From assembly GCA_034520565.1 (NCBI GenBank), contig JAXHNL010000002.1, forward strand, positions 544,001-608,000: 64,000 bases of DNA, given 5' to 3'. Below, in pieces: positions 12,831 through 23,303 of the stretch. The notes under the pieces are model-generated. The model was not told the origin of the DNA, did no database searches, and saw nothing but the letters and a program-made list of their open reading frames with translations. This DNA comes from Halodesulfurarchaeum sp. (GTDB lineage Archaea; Halobacteriota; Halobacteria; Halobacteriales; Halobacteriaceae). Both the position numbers and the translations under genes were made by a program. Each line of letters starts with the position of its first letter. Within the stretch, counting starts at the first letter, position 1.

Positions 12831-13946
12831 ATGAAGCGACGAACTTTCATCAAAAGTACGGGGGCAGCAGGCGTGGCTGCTTTCGCCGGCTGTGCCGGCC
12901 CCGAAGGCGGTTCGGACGGCGGTGGCAACGGGACCACGACGGGCACAAGTGGTGGGACCGACGATCTGAGCGGCACGCTTCGGGTCGCGACCTACGAACC
13001 GTTCATCGACGCCCCGAGCGTGAGCCCGGGGGAGTGGGTCAAGAACAATTTCGAATCGGCGTATCCCGAGGCCACGATCGAGTGGCTGACCCCCGATTCG
13101 GGGCTCAATCACTTCATCCAGCAGGCCCAGTACGACGACCGCGTCGAGGCGGACGTGTACGTCGGGCTCAACGCCGACGACCTCGTCCGCGTGGACGACA
13201 AACTGGGCGAAACGGCGCTTTTCGATCCCATTCCAGGGGGCGAGCTTTCGAACGGCGACAGCGTCATCGATGACCTCCGGTTCGATCCCGCCGGTCGAGC
13301 TGTCCCCTACGACACCGGCTACATCAGCCTCGTCTACGACGAAAGCGAGATCGACGAACCCCGGACCTTCGAGGACCTGACCGACCCCGCCTTCGAGGAT
13401 GCCCTCCTCCTGCAGAACGCCCAGACCAGCGATCCGGGGCGAGCGTTCCTGCTCTGGACGATCGCGAACCGGGGCGAACAGGACTACCTCGACTACTGGC
13501 AGGCCCTCGTGGATAATGGGGCCCGGGTCCTCGGTGACTGGAACGCGGCCTACACGGCCTACTCCAACGAGGAGCGGCCCGCCGTGGTGTCCTACTCGAC
13601 CGATCAGGTGTACGCCAACCGCTATGACGAGGACATGACCCGCCACCAGATCGCCTTCCTCGACGACCAGGGCTATGCGGTTCCCGAGGGGATGGCCCGC
13701 TTTGCCGACGCCGCAAAACCCGAGTTGGCCACCGCCTTTCTCGACTTCATGCTAGAGGGCGAGACCCAATCCGAGATCGCCGTTCGGAACGTCGGGTTCC
13801 CGGCAACGACGACCGCGAATCCGCCCGCTGATTTCGCCGAATTCGCTCACCGGCCGCCGGAAACGGTGACCCACACCTACGAGGAACTCGCCGGGTCGAT
13901 GGATGGCTGGGTCTCGGCGTGGGCCGAACAGATCGCGGGCGGGTGA
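12831..13946 (+). CDS. thiB: Thiamine ABC transporter substrate-binding Tat lipoprotein
   Basis: MKRRTFIK Tat motif and FAGC lipobox; PYDTGY, TSDPGRAFLLWT and SYSTD. Confidence 0.88.
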   Translation: MKRRTFIKSTGAAGVAAFAGCAGPEGGSDGGGNGTTTGTSGGTDDLSGTLRVATYEPFIDAPSVSPGEWVKNNFESAYPEATIEWLTPDSGLNHFIQQAQYDDRVEADVYVGLNADDLVRVDDKLGETALFDPIPGGELSNGDSVIDDLRFDPAGRAVPYDTGYISLVYDESEIDEPRTFEDLTDPAFEDALLLQNAQTSDPGRAFLLWTIANRGEQDYLDYWQALVDNGARVLGDWNAAYTAYSNEERPAVVSYSTDQVYANRYDEDMTRHQIAFLDDQGYAVPEGMARFADAAKPELATAFLDFMLEGETQSEIAVRNVGFPATTTANPPADFAEFAHRPPETVTHTYEELAGSMDGWVSAWAEQIAGG

Positions 13947-13949
13947 CCG

Positions 13950-15746
13950 ATGGCGGCAGTGCGAGAGCAGCGCCCGGTCGAACGCCTGCAGACCTGGGCC
14001 GCGGAGCACGCCCTCCCGATGACGGCTGCTTTGACGGCAGTCGTGCTCGTGGTCATGTTTTACTACCCGGTCGGCACGGTGCTCGCGAGGGGGCTCGGCG
14101 GGACCGTCGACGGGACGAGTTCCGTGCTCGCCGTGCTCGGTTCCGAGTTCTACCTCGGCGCGGCACGCGGCCTGGTGACTGACCCCCTCGGCGTTCCGGG
14201 CGGGATCCTCGGCTGGCTCCGGGCCGGCGTTCCGGCCGTCGAGTTCGGGTTGATCGGCTTTACGGTCTACCAGGCCCTCCTTTCGACGGTCGCGAGCCTT
14301 GCACTCGGGCTTCCCGGTGCCTATCTCCTCTCGCAGTACGAGTTCCCCGGACGGGAGACGATCCGGTCGCTCACGATGCTCCCCTTCGTCCTCCCGTCGA
14401 TTATGGTGGCGATCGGGTTCGTCGCGATGTTCGGGGACCAGGGCGTGCTGAACGACGCCCTGGGAATCGTGGGGCTCGGGCCGGTCTCACCGATGTACAC
14501 CCTCCAGCTCATCGTCGTTGCCCACGCCTTCTACAACGCACCGCTGATCACCAGGATCGTGTCCGCTGCGTGGGAGGGACTCGACCGGTCGATGCTCGAA
14601 ACCGCTCGCGGGCTTGGTGCTGGCCCGATCCGCTCCTTTTACGATGTGGCCCTCCCCCAACTGCTCCCCGCGATCTTGACCGGGGCGCTTCTCACCTTCC
14701 TCTTCACGTTCATGTCCTTCCCCATCGTGTTGGCGCTTGGCGGCCTCCAGCTCGCGACGGTGGAGGTGTGGCTGTACGCCCACGTCCAGCAGCTCGAACT
14801 CGCCCAGGCCGCCGGGCTGGCCGTCGTCGAGACGGCGATCACGCTCTCGTTGACCTACGCGTACCTCCGCTACGAGAGCGGACAGGGCGGGCTCTCCGGG
14901 CTCGGCCGGGGCCCTGACCGCGAACCGCTCTTCGGCTCGCTTCGAGATCCACGTCGGATCGGGCTTTTTGCCTACGGCCTCGTCGTGCTAGTCGTCTTTC
15001 TCGGACCGATCCTGAGCATGGTGATCGAGAGCCTGACCGGGCCGGACGGGGTGACACTCCAGCACTACGCCTTCCTCCTCGAGCGCCAGCTCGCCGGCGC
15101 CCCGTTCCAGGTCAAGCCGCTCCCGGCCATTCTCAACTCCCTCGCGTTCGGAGCTGCGACGTTGCTGATCGCCCTGCCGATGGGCGTGACGGTGGCCGTC
15201 CTGGAGGGAAAGCGGTTCGTCGGCAGCCGGGTGCTCGACGCGGTGCTCATGGCCCCGCTCGCGGTGAGCGGAATCGTACTCGGCCTGGGACTCCTGCAGG
15301 GTCTCGTGTTCGGGACCGAGATTTTCGGCCACCGGGTGACTGTGACCGGACCGGTGGCGATCGTCGCGGCCCACGCCGTGGCCGCCTACCCGTTCGTGGC
15401 CCGAACGGTATCGCCGCTTCTCGATCGCGTCGACCGGGGGCTCGTGGAGTCCGCCAGGGTTCTCGGGGCGACCCGAGCGCGCGTCCGGATGGATATCGAG
15501 GTGCCGCTGATCGTGCCCGGAATCGTCGCCGGGGCGGCGCTCGCTTTTGCCATCAGTATCGGGGAGTTCGATTCGACGGTCATCCTCGCGGAGGGCAGTG
15601 CCAGCTACACCATGCCGGTCGCCGTCGAGCGGTACTTGGGAAGCCGAACTCTCGGTCCGGCCACGGCCATGGGAACGGTCCTGCTGGCGGTCACGGCGGG
15701 AAGCTTCGTCGTCATCGATCGCGTCGGCGGGTGGTGGCACCCATGA
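13950..15746 (+). CDS. thiP: Thiamine ABC transporter permease (duplicated FbpB-type)
   Basis: Two EAA loops (ETARGLGA, ESARVLGA); AHAFYN and SIGEF. Confidence 0.85.
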   Translation: MAAVREQRPVERLQTWAAEHALPMTAALTAVVLVVMFYYPVGTVLARGLGGTVDGTSSVLAVLGSEFYLGAARGLVTDPLGVPGGILGWLRAGVPAVEFGLIGFTVYQALLSTVASLALGLPGAYLLSQYEFPGRETIRSLTMLPFVLPSIMVAIGFVAMFGDQGVLNDALGIVGLGPVSPMYTLQLIVVAHAFYNAPLITRIVSAAWEGLDRSMLETARGLGAGPIRSFYDVALPQLLPAILTGALLTFLFTFMSFPIVLALGGLQLATVEVWLYAHVQQLELAQAAGLAVVETAITLSLTYAYLRYESGQGGLSGLGRGPDREPLFGSLRDPRRIGLFAYGLVVLVVFLGPILSMVIESLTGPDGVTLQHYAFLLERQLAGAPFQVKPLPAILNSLAFGAATLLIALPMGVTVAVLEGKRFVGSRVLDAVLMAPLAVSGIVLGLGLLQGLVFGTEIFGHRVTVTGPVAIVAAHAVAAYPFVARTVSPLLDRVDRGLVESARVLGATRARVRMDIEVPLIVPGIVAGAALAFAISIGEFDSTVILAEGSASYTMPVAVERYLGSRTLGPATAMGTVLLAVTAGSFVVIDRVGGWWHP

Positions 15747-16768
15747 CGGGACTCGAGTTGCAGGACGTCTCGAAGGCGTTCGGGAACGAACCCGCCCTCG
15801 ATTCGGTGTCCCTGACCGTCCAGGACGGGGAGTTCTTCACGCTCGTGGGGCCGTCCGGGTGCGGGAAAACGACGTCGCTCCGGATCATCGCGGGGCTGAC
15901 CGAGCCCTCCGCGGGGACGGTCCGTATCGGCGGGAAGTCGATGGCCGGCGTCCCGCCCGAGGACCGGAACGTGGGAATCGTGTTCCAGAATTACGCCCTG
16001 TTCCCCCACATGACCGTCGCGGAGAATATCGCCTACGGCCTGCAGTTTCACGACCCGCCGCGAGGGGTGTCGAGAAACGCACGGGTCGAGGAGCTCCTCG
16101 AACTGGTCGACCTCTCGGGACTCGAGAAACGGGAGCCAGACACCCTGTCAGGGGGGCAACAGCAGCGGGTTGCACTCGCCAGGGCGCTCGCACCGGTACC
16201 GGATCTGCTCCTCCTCGACGAACCGATGAGCGCGCTCGACGCCCGGCTCCGGGACCGGCTCCGCCGGACCGTTCGGGAGATCCAGTCGGAACTGGGGATC
16301 ACGACGATTTACGTGACACACGATCAGGCCGAGGCGCTGGCCGCGAGTGACCGAATCGCCGTATTGCACGACGGACGCGTGGAGCAGGTGGGCCGCCCGG
16401 AAGCGGTGTACCGGAGCCCCGCAAACCGCTTCGTGGCGTCCTTCGTCGGTGACAACAACCTTTTCGAGGTCCGCTCCGTCGACGGCCGGGTCGCAACTGT
16501 CGACGGCGGTGCTGAAATCATCGTGGCCGAGCCGGTTTCAGCAGGAGACACGCTCGCCGTTCGACCCGAGGCCATCCACCTCGGGCCGGGCGAGACGACC
16601 CTCGAGCCGACCCTGGAGAGTTCGGAGTTTCGGGGGAACGGTTACACCCTCAACTGTCGGCTCGGCGGTCGAGACCTCCTCGTCGAAACGGACGAGCCAC
16701 CCGAGGAGCCGTTAAAAGTCGGCTTCCCGGCTTCGGCCGTGCAGGTGTTGCCGGGCGAATTTGCCTAG
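15743..16768 (+). CDS. thiQ: ABC transporter ATP-binding protein
   Basis: GPSGCGKT, LSGGQQQR and LLLDEP; ATGA overlap with the permease. Confidence 0.85.
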   Translation: MTGLELQDVSKAFGNEPALDSVSLTVQDGEFFTLVGPSGCGKTTSLRIIAGLTEPSAGTVRIGGKSMAGVPPEDRNVGIVFQNYALFPHMTVAENIAYGLQFHDPPRGVSRNARVEELLELVDLSGLEKREPDTLSGGQQQRVALARALAPVPDLLLLDEPMSALDARLRDRLRRTVREIQSELGITTIYVTHDQAEALAASDRIAVLHDGRVEQVGRPEAVYRSPANRFVASFVGDNNLFEVRSVDGRVATVDGGAEIIVAEPVSAGDTLAVRPEAIHLGPGETTLEPTLESSEFRGNGYTLNCRLGGRDLLVETDEPPEEPLKVGFPASAVQVLPGEFA

Positions 16769-16790
16769 CGAGGGCGAAGAATTCGCCCGG
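16751..16790. terminator. 11-bp inverted repeat between convergent genes
   Basis: CCGGGCGAATT (16751-61) and AATTCGCCCGG (16780-90). Confidence 0.4.
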
Positions 16791-17468
16791 TCACGGAACG
16801 ACGCCGACCGTGAGTAGCGTGCCGTAGGTTCGATACCGCTCGACCATCGCCTCGCGAGTGTCGAAGGATTCGGTAGGGAATTCGCCTGCAGGCGGGATCT
16901 CGACCTCGCGGTCGGGAACGTTGTCCTGGGCGGCGACGTGAAACCCGGCCGCCCGGAACGCCTCGCGGTACTCCTCGCGGCTCCACCGGGTCATCGGAAC
17001 CTCGATGAAGGTCTCCCACTCATGAGAGTAGACGTTCTCTTCGTAGTAATCGACCGCACAGTAGAAGGTGCCACCCGGCCGAAGGACTCGCGTGAGTTCC
17101 GAAAGCACCGCTCCGACGTCTTCTGCGTAGTAGATCGCCTCCATCGAGAAGGCGTGGTCGATGGCGTTCGACTCGAACGGAAGGGTCTCGAAATCGCCTC
17201 GCAGATAGCCGATACGTGCGTCATCGGTGTAGCCGTCGGCGTTTGCAACCATCTCCGGGGACGCGTCGATCCCGTACCCACGCCCGAGCCCTCGCTCGCG
17301 AAGGGCCCGGAGGGCGTACCCGCTTCCGGTTCCCAGATCGAGCACGCTGTCGCCGGATTCGATCGGCATCCGGGCCAGTGCCTCCTTTGCGGTATGCCAG
17401 TGCCGTTCCTCCATGCCCCGGTCCCGACCGTCGGCCGCCCAGGCGTCGAACTCCTCGCGAACGCTCAT
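16791..17468 (-). CDS. Class I SAM-dependent methyltransferase
   Basis: VLDLGTGSG and LRPGG; start MSVREEFDAWA. Confidence 0.85.
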   Translation of the reverse strand: MSVREEFDAWAADGRDRGMEERHWHTAKEALARMPIESGDSVLDLGTGSGYALRALRERGLGRGYGIDASPEMVANADGYTDDARIGYLRGDFETLPFESNAIDHAFSMEAIYYAEDVGAVLSELTRVLRPGGTFYCAVDYYEENVYSHEWETFIEVPMTRWSREEYREAFRAAGFHVAAQDNVPDREVEIPPAGEFPTESFDTREAMVERYRTYGTLLTVGVVP

Positions 17469-17565
17469 GTGGCCCCCCGGATTGTCATGATTCGACGGAA
17501 TCGGCCCAGCGGGAAAATCGCTCCGGCCCAGGCGCGTGGACGATCGGACCACTCGGGCTGTTCGG

Positions 17566-18150
17566 TCAGTCCCGTTCGTCTTCGTCGGCGTCCTCCAGGT
17601 TCTGGTCGAGCGGGAAGGACAGCTCCGAGTCGGTCGAACCGCCGTCTGCCGGCGCGACTCCCGACTGGGCACGCCGCAGAGATCGGTCCGAGGCCTGCCA
17701 ACTGACGTCGGCCCCGCGTTGCCGTCGCGCGGGATCACTGGCGGATACTCCGTTGATCAGCCCCGCAAACGACAGCACCGTCCCGATCACGTAGCCCCCG
17801 GCGAGCAGGAGTGGGAGTTGACGTCCGGCTGTGAGCCCCGCAAAACCGACTAGCCCCAAGACAGTGGCACTGGCCACTCCCAGCGTGGCGCCAGCGCCGG
17901 CGACACGTCGGGGATTTACGTCGGCCGTCACCGACGTCGTCGCGAAAAACAGCACGACCGGTGGCGCGAGTGCTACGATAGTAAACGCGGCAGTCCGAGC
18001 CGTCCCCGTGGGCGCCCCAGCGCTTCGAAACAGCCCGGTCAACACGCCTGCGCCACCAACAGTTAGCACGATCAGGCCCGCGAGGAGGAGGGCGACTCCG
18101 CTCCCGGCACGGAGCAGCCACCACCGATCTCGGTATTCGCGTGTCGGCAT
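17566..18150 (-). CDS. Hypothetical membrane protein
   Basis: About 4 TM segments; acidic tail with ADGG. Confidence 0.7.
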   Translation of the reverse strand: MPTREYRDRWWLLRAGSGVALLLAGLIVLTVGGAGVLTGLFRSAGAPTGTARTAAFTIVALAPPVVLFFATTSVTADVNPRRVAGAGATLGVASATVLGLVGFAGLTAGRQLPLLLAGGYVIGTVLSFAGLINGVSASDPARRQRGADVSWQASDRSLRRAQSGVAPADGGSTDSELSFPLDQNLEDADEDERD

Positions 18151-18247
18151 CCGAATTCGGCTACCACGAGCAGCGACAAATAACCCGGTGTCGGCGTCGT
18201 CGCTCCGTCTGACGCGGTTTTAATTGTGCGCCCCACCGACTGGGAGC

Positions 18248-18535
18248 ATGGTCACGTCAGTTCGTCTCTCCGCCCGGGCCGGCGCAGTCGGGGCCTGGGC
18301 GGTCCTCCTCGGCGGCGTGCTCGTCTACGGGATCGACCGGCTCCTCGGCCTGCTCGGGAGCGAAGGGGCCAAATCGGGGTCCCTCGCCGCCGCGGGCCTC
18401 CCGGTCGTCGCGCTGGCCGAAACGGCCCTCATCAACGTGTACAACGGTAGTGCCGCGAGTGTCTTCGTGGGCCTGTTACTCGTGCTCGGCGGCTGGTATC
18501 AGTTGCTGCGTCTCTCCACCCACAAACCGGTCTGA
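18248..18535 (+). CDS. Small hypothetical membrane protein
   Basis: ATG 18248 follows a TTTAATT element; three hydrophobic segments. Confidence 0.55.
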   Translation: MVTSVRLSARAGAVGAWAVLLGGVLVYGIDRLLGLLGSEGAKSGSLAAAGLPVVALAETALINVYNGSAASVFVGLLLVLGGWYQLLRLSTHKPV

Positions 18536-18602
18536 ATGCGTCTCTCCGCCCACAAACTGGCTTGCTGAATACGTCTCTCCGCCCACAAACCGGCCTGTTG
18601 AA
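18507..18602. repeat. Three imperfect tandem repeats of 30-33 bp
   Basis: Unit T(G/A)CGTCTCTCC(A/G)CCCACAAAC(C/T)GG..TGAA at 18507, 18537 and 18570. Confidence 0.85.
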
Positions 18603-18750
18603 TCCGCCGATCGTCGATCGACCGTCGCCCGGACACTCGACTGTCAGACCACTGCTCGTCGATTCCTCTTGCAGACGTGCGCCGCTTACGGTTTCCAAAT
18701 CAGCTGCCGAGGGGGGCCAGCAAAGCGTTCTGCCCGAGAAACGAAGGGGT

Positions 18751-19518
18751 TTAGGGCCGTTCGTCGCCCTCGCGCCAGCTGTCCGGGACCTCGATCTTGT
18801 ACTTGCCGTCCTCCCGGAGGGCGATGATGTGTTCCTCCCGATCGTAGAGTTCCATCAGGTTGAGTTCGTACTGCCCCGGTTCGACGATCCGAATGCTCTC
18901 GAACTGGTCGTTGAGTTCCGCCCGAAGGGTTTCGAGGTCGGTCGTCGCGGCCTCGTTCGGCTCGTCGACGACCCGAGCGTCTTCGCGGGGCGGGTGCGCC
19001 GATTCGGGTTGTGGAGTTTCGGAAGCGCCGGTGTCAGCCGCCGAATCGGTCGGCGTCTGTTTCGTGTCGTCGCCGGTCGTCTCCGAGGGCGTCGTTTCGG
19101 ATGCAGCCCCCGAGGAGAGATCGGACATATCGGCGACCTCGCCGCGGGCAGCGGACTGGGCGCGGTCTTCGAGTGACCGTTCGCCCTCGTCGGACGAGCT
19201 CGACGTCTCTGCGCCCGTATCGGGGACGTCATCGACCGGTGCACTCTCTCCAGGAACTTTTCCGTTGGCCGATTCGTCATCCCGTCGGGCACTAACGTAC
19301 TCCTTCACGGTCGAGGCCGCCCGGCCGACCTTGCCGGTGACCGAATCCTCCGCGATTGGTGGGTCGGGTGGCTCGTTCGATTCGGGCTCGTACTGCTCGG
19401 GGTCGGCCCCCTTCGGAATGTACTGGAAGGTGTTGCCGCCGCAGTGAGGACAACCCGAGAGCATCTCCTTGGAACCGTCGGGGAACACCGAGGTGCAGTT
19501 CGTACACTGGTGGGGCAT
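18751..19518 (-). CDS. oapC: Origin-associated Zn-ribbon protein OapC
   Basis: MPHQCTNC..GCPHCG start; C-terminal ESIRIVEPGQYELNL; operon position. Confidence 0.88.
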   Translation of the reverse strand: MPHQCTNCTSVFPDGSKEMLSGCPHCGGNTFQYIPKGADPEQYEPESNEPPDPPIAEDSVTGKVGRAASTVKEYVSARRDDESANGKVPGESAPVDDVPDTGAETSSSSDEGERSLEDRAQSAARGEVADMSDLSSGAASETTPSETTGDDTKQTPTDSAADTGASETPQPESAHPPREDARVVDEPNEAATTDLETLRAELNDQFESIRIVEPGQYELNLMELYDREEHIIALREDGKYKIEVPDSWREGDERP

Positions 19519-19520
19519 CG

Positions 19521-19910
19521 CTATTTCCCCGAGATGAGTGCCCGGATGAGCGTGTCGTCCTTCTGGAGTGAGTGAATCTGATTCGCCGGGCCGATGACCG
19601 TGAGTTTGGCTTTCGAGGGTTCGGCGCCGATCAGTCTGGCGAGAAAGCCCCCGTCAGCGGCCGCCTTGCGCGGGAAGCTCTCGATCTCGATCCCCGAGAA
19701 GTCGTCCGGATTGATCTCGGTCATCGTGACCTCGATGAGTTTCGACTCCTCGTCGGGGGTCAGGCCCTCTTCGAGGATGACGATGTTCCCGGACCGAACG
19801 TCGTCCAGGATCATCCGGATCTTCTCCATCGAGGTCTTCTCGCGCATGCGCTGGCCCGAGATCAACTCGATTTCGACCCCGTCTGCCGTCTCGTGTTCTA
19901 TTCCTGCCAT
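19521..19910 (-). CDS. oapB: Origin-associated protein OapB (DUF2073)
   Basis: MEKIRMILD..GLTPDEE..LTVIGPAN; alternative GTG start at 19919. Confidence 0.88.
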   Translation of the reverse strand: MAGIEHETADGVEIELISGQRMREKTSMEKIRMILDDVRSGNIVILEEGLTPDEESKLIEVTMTEINPDDFSGIEIESFPRKAAADGGFLARLIGAEPSKAKLTVIGPANQIHSLQKDDTLIRALISGK

Positions 19911-19915
19911 TCCGG

Positions 19916-20560
19916 TCACCCGAAGTACGCGGCGATCTTGTCGTACACTTCGTCCATGTTGTCCCCCTCGAGGGCGGAGAGCGGCACCGTCTCGTGTTGG
20001 GGAAACGCGTTCTCGATGCGACTGATCTGGGCTTCGTCGAGGTCGATCTTGTTCGCGAAGATGAGGACCGGCAGGTCCCGGGACTCGATGATCCCGATGA
20101 GCATGGTGTTGACCTGCGTGAAAGGGTCCTCGGCGGAATCCAGCACGTAAATCACCCCGTCGACGTCCTCGCGGAGCCAGTGCATTGCCTCCGCGACCCC
20201 CTCTGTCGCCTCGCGAGAGCGACGGACGGCCTCGTCCTTCTCGATGTCGTGATCGAGGAATTCGGTGTAATCGACCTTCGTGGTCACCCCCGGTGTGTCG
20301 ACGATGTCGATCGTGACCGTCTGGCCGTTTCGTTCGATTTCCACGTTCTCCTTTCGTCGGGCACGACGCGTCTCGTGAGGGATCCGGGATTCAGGTCCGA
20401 TCGCGTCGCCGGTCCAGTCCCGGGCGATCCGGTTGGCGAGTGTCGTCTTTCCGGCGTTCGGTGGCCCGTAGATCCCGATTCGTTTCGGTTGCGCATCGCT
20501 CGAGAAGAGTGAATCCGTCACCCGAGAGATGCTGTTGCGTAAACTTCCGAGCAGTCCCAT
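19916..20560 (-). CDS. oapA: Origin-associated Era-like GTPase OapA
   Basis: GPPNAGKT, DTPG, NKID and SAL; divergent from orc1. Confidence 0.92.
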   Translation of the reverse strand: MGLLGSLRNSISRVTDSLFSSDAQPKRIGIYGPPNAGKTTLANRIARDWTGDAIGPESRIPHETRRARRKENVEIERNGQTVTIDIVDTPGVTTKVDYTEFLDHDIEKDEAVRRSREATEGVAEAMHWLREDVDGVIYVLDSAEDPFTQVNTMLIGIIESRDLPVLIFANKIDLDEAQISRIENAFPQHETVPLSALEGDNMDEVYDKIAAYFG

Positions 20561-20896
20561 TTATGGCTCCTCTTGTGCGTCCCGGGGCTTGAAGCCTCCG
20601 GACACGTGTCCTTCGTCACTGGATCACCTTAAGTCCGTTCGCGAGACCGGTGACCCGATCGGTGTTCCAGTTGTCGTTTCGGTCGTCGACGGAGGGGTGG
20701 AAACCGAATCGATCCGCGTCTCTATCGGGTTCGCTCCAAAACCTGTTTTCCTCCAAAATTCGTTTTTTGACAGACCCCGAATTTACGACAGAACAAAAGT
20801 GCCGAATTCGAGTTTTTGAGTGGCTGTGAGTACAGACTCAGCCAAAACATAAAATTTTAACAATATTAGCGGCAACGTTGTCTCCCAACTGAACCG

Positions 20897-20923
20897 CCCC
20901 TACCCCTCCATTTCAACTGGAAA
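20897..20923 (-). promoter_or_regulatory. Origin recognition box, left, with G-string
   Basis: Reverse complement reads TTTCCAGTTGAAATGGAGGGGTAGGGG. Confidence 0.88.
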
Positions 20924-21099
20924 CCACCAAACCTATCTCCATTTTTTCTTCACGGGATTTCAAACATCAATGTGCTATACTTATAAAAATTTAATAATAA
21001 CACAATCAGTTTTTGTAGTTGGTTTACGGATATTGTTTAAGGACACACTACATAAATATTTCTCTTTTAATAAGCGGGGTTTGGGTACACTGATGTTCC

Positions 21100-21127
21100 G
21101 TTCCAGTTGAAACAAAGGGGTGGGGGG
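21100..21127 (+). promoter_or_regulatory. Origin recognition box, right, with G-string
   Basis: GTTCCAGTTGAAACAAAGGGGTGGGGGG. Confidence 0.92.
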
Positions 21128-21685
21128 CCGGCACATCCAACGACCAAACTACCTGTCGTCAAATCAACTACACCAAAAGATCATTCTACAAACAATAATA
21201 CCAAGTGATGCCGACTCACACCTTGAAACAGAATCGTACCTGGGCCGAACCCAACTATCCATCCGACTCACAGTTGGGTAGAACCGTCACGAACGGTCGT
21301 GGCGAATCGGTCCACCATCGAATCGGATCGATGTCGAGGAAGATCGAGATCGGTTCCTCGATTCGGCCGAACGAAACTGGCCGGTCTCGTTGAAACGGGT
21401 CTGTCTCGTTTGGACTGCCGGGGAAAGCACAATGAATCGGGTTCCACACGGATCGAACACGGCGGTTCGCCGACGAACGAGAACCGCCGTTCATTCGCTT
21501 TCGAACCGGATCAGTATCGACTGGATCGATACTTTTTTGTCTACCCCACTCCCCCAGTTTCGTCTGCATCAACTGGACAGGGCTGCTTGCGGGAACCTCC
21601 CCAAATCCCTCTCTGTGAGGGTTCTAAACGCTATATTCGGGGGGTTCCGTTCCCTGTCGCACTTGAACCAAAGGGCCGGTTTGAC

Positions 21686-23171
21686 ATGGTAGAGGACACA
21701 CCGAAACCCGGACACGCCGGGACTGAACGCGACTTCGACGTCGACCTCGAGGAGGTGCTCGAAGACGAATCCGAGGGCGAACAGGGACTGTTCGACGATC
21801 TCCTCTCGGGCGAGCCGATCTTCGAGAACAAGGAGGTCCTCCGCCCATCCTATACCCCCCACGAACTTCCACATCGGACCGACCAGATCAACAAGATGGC
21901 GACGATTCTCGTCGCCGCGCTCCGGGGAGAAACACCGTCGAACATCCTCATCTACGGGAAGACCGGGACCGGGAAGACCGCGAGTGCGAAGTACGTCAGC
22001 CAGGAACTCGAGAAGACCTCCGAGAAGTACGACGTCCCCTGCCGGGTCGAGTACATCAACTGCGAGGTGACCGACACGCAGTACCGCGTGCTCGCCCAGC
22101 TCGCGAACACCTTCATCGAGCGCAACCAGGACTACGTCGAAAACCGACTGGCGGACCTCCGGGACGTCGAACAGCTCGTCGAAGCGGGTTCGATGGCTAT
22201 CGAGGCAACCGAGTTCGAATCGATGGCCGATCTCGAGGGCCAAATCCGGACCCTTGAGGCGGACCGCGAGGAGATGGAGATGGTTCCGATGACCGGGTGG
22301 CCCACCGACCGCGTGTATACGACCTTCTTCGAAGCCGTCGATTACGTCGAGCGAGTCGGGGTCATCATGCTCGACGAAATCGACAAACTCGTCGAGAAAA
22401 GCGGCGACGACGTCCTCGTATAACCTCTCCCGGATGAACTCCTCGCTCGACAACTCCCGGGTCTCGATCATCGGTATCTCGAATGACCTCAAGTTCACCG
22501 ACTTCCTCGACCCCCGGGTCAAGTCGAGCCTCGGCGAGGAGGAGATCGTCTTCCCGCCCTACGACGCGAACCAGCTCCGGGATATCCTGACCCAGCGCGC
22601 GGACGTTGCGTTCAAGTCCGATGCCCTCTCCAAGGACGTCATCCCGCTCTGTGCCGCGTTCGCGGCCCAGGAGCACGGCGACGCGCGCCGCGCGCTCGAT
22701 CTACTCAGGACGGCCGGCGAACTCGGCGAACGCGAACAGGCGACCGAGGTTACCGAGGAACACGTTCGCAAAGCCCAGGACAAGATCGAACTCGACCGGG
22801 TCGTCGAAGTCGTTCGTACGTTGCCGACACAGTCGAAACTCGTCCTCTATGCGATCGTGCTCCACGAGAAACACGGCGTTCGAAACATCAACACGGGGGA
22901 GGTCTACAACATCTACAAGCGACTCTGCCGCGAGATCGACGCCGACGTCCTCACACAGCGCCGGGTGACCGACCTCATCAGCGAACTCGACATGCTCGGG
23001 ATCGTCAACGCGGTCGTGGTGAGCAAGGGTCGCTACGGGCGGACCAAAGAGATCAGCCTCTCGGTGCCGGTTCAGGAGACCGAAACCGTCCTGCAGGCGG
23101 ACTCGAGAATCGGGGACGTCGGTGACGTCTCACCGTTCCTCCAGGCCCGTTTCGACGGCGAACACGGCTGA
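21686..23171 (+). pseudogene. cdc6: Orc1/Cdc6 initiator, interrupted by a +1 frameshift near 22418 (real or sequencing error)
   Basis: Walker A GKTGTGKT and Walker B DEID lie in 21686-22423; NDL, GDARRA and the winged helix lie in 22419-23171. Removing one base restores DDVLYNLSRMN. Confidence 0.88.
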
Positions 23172-23303
23172 TATCCCTGTGAATTTTGGCTCCTGCCACG
23201 GCCATTCCACAGCGTCCAGCGATCCGATACCCCCCGCGACAGTTAGCCCTGTGGGTCCAAAAGCCGACGGAGTTATTAGCGTGACACCACCACCCTCTTA
23301 TTG

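Larger units (their letters stand above)
20561..21685. other. Chromosomal replication origin (oriC1 type)
   Basis: Intergenic region between oapA and orc1; inverted ORBs flank a 176-bp AT-rich DUE (20924-21099) in an otherwise GC-rich window. Confidence 0.92.

Noticed and set aside
18507-18602. Possible mini-CRISPR array
   Set aside because: The repeats abut with no spacers, and there are no cas genes.
22110-22290. Helical insertion in the Orc1 AAA domain as a possible intein
   Set aside because: No intein terminal motifs; such an insertion is typical of haloarchaeal oriC1-linked Orc1.
22390-22423. Programmed ribosomal frameshift in cdc6
   Set aside because: No recognisable slippery sequence at the break.
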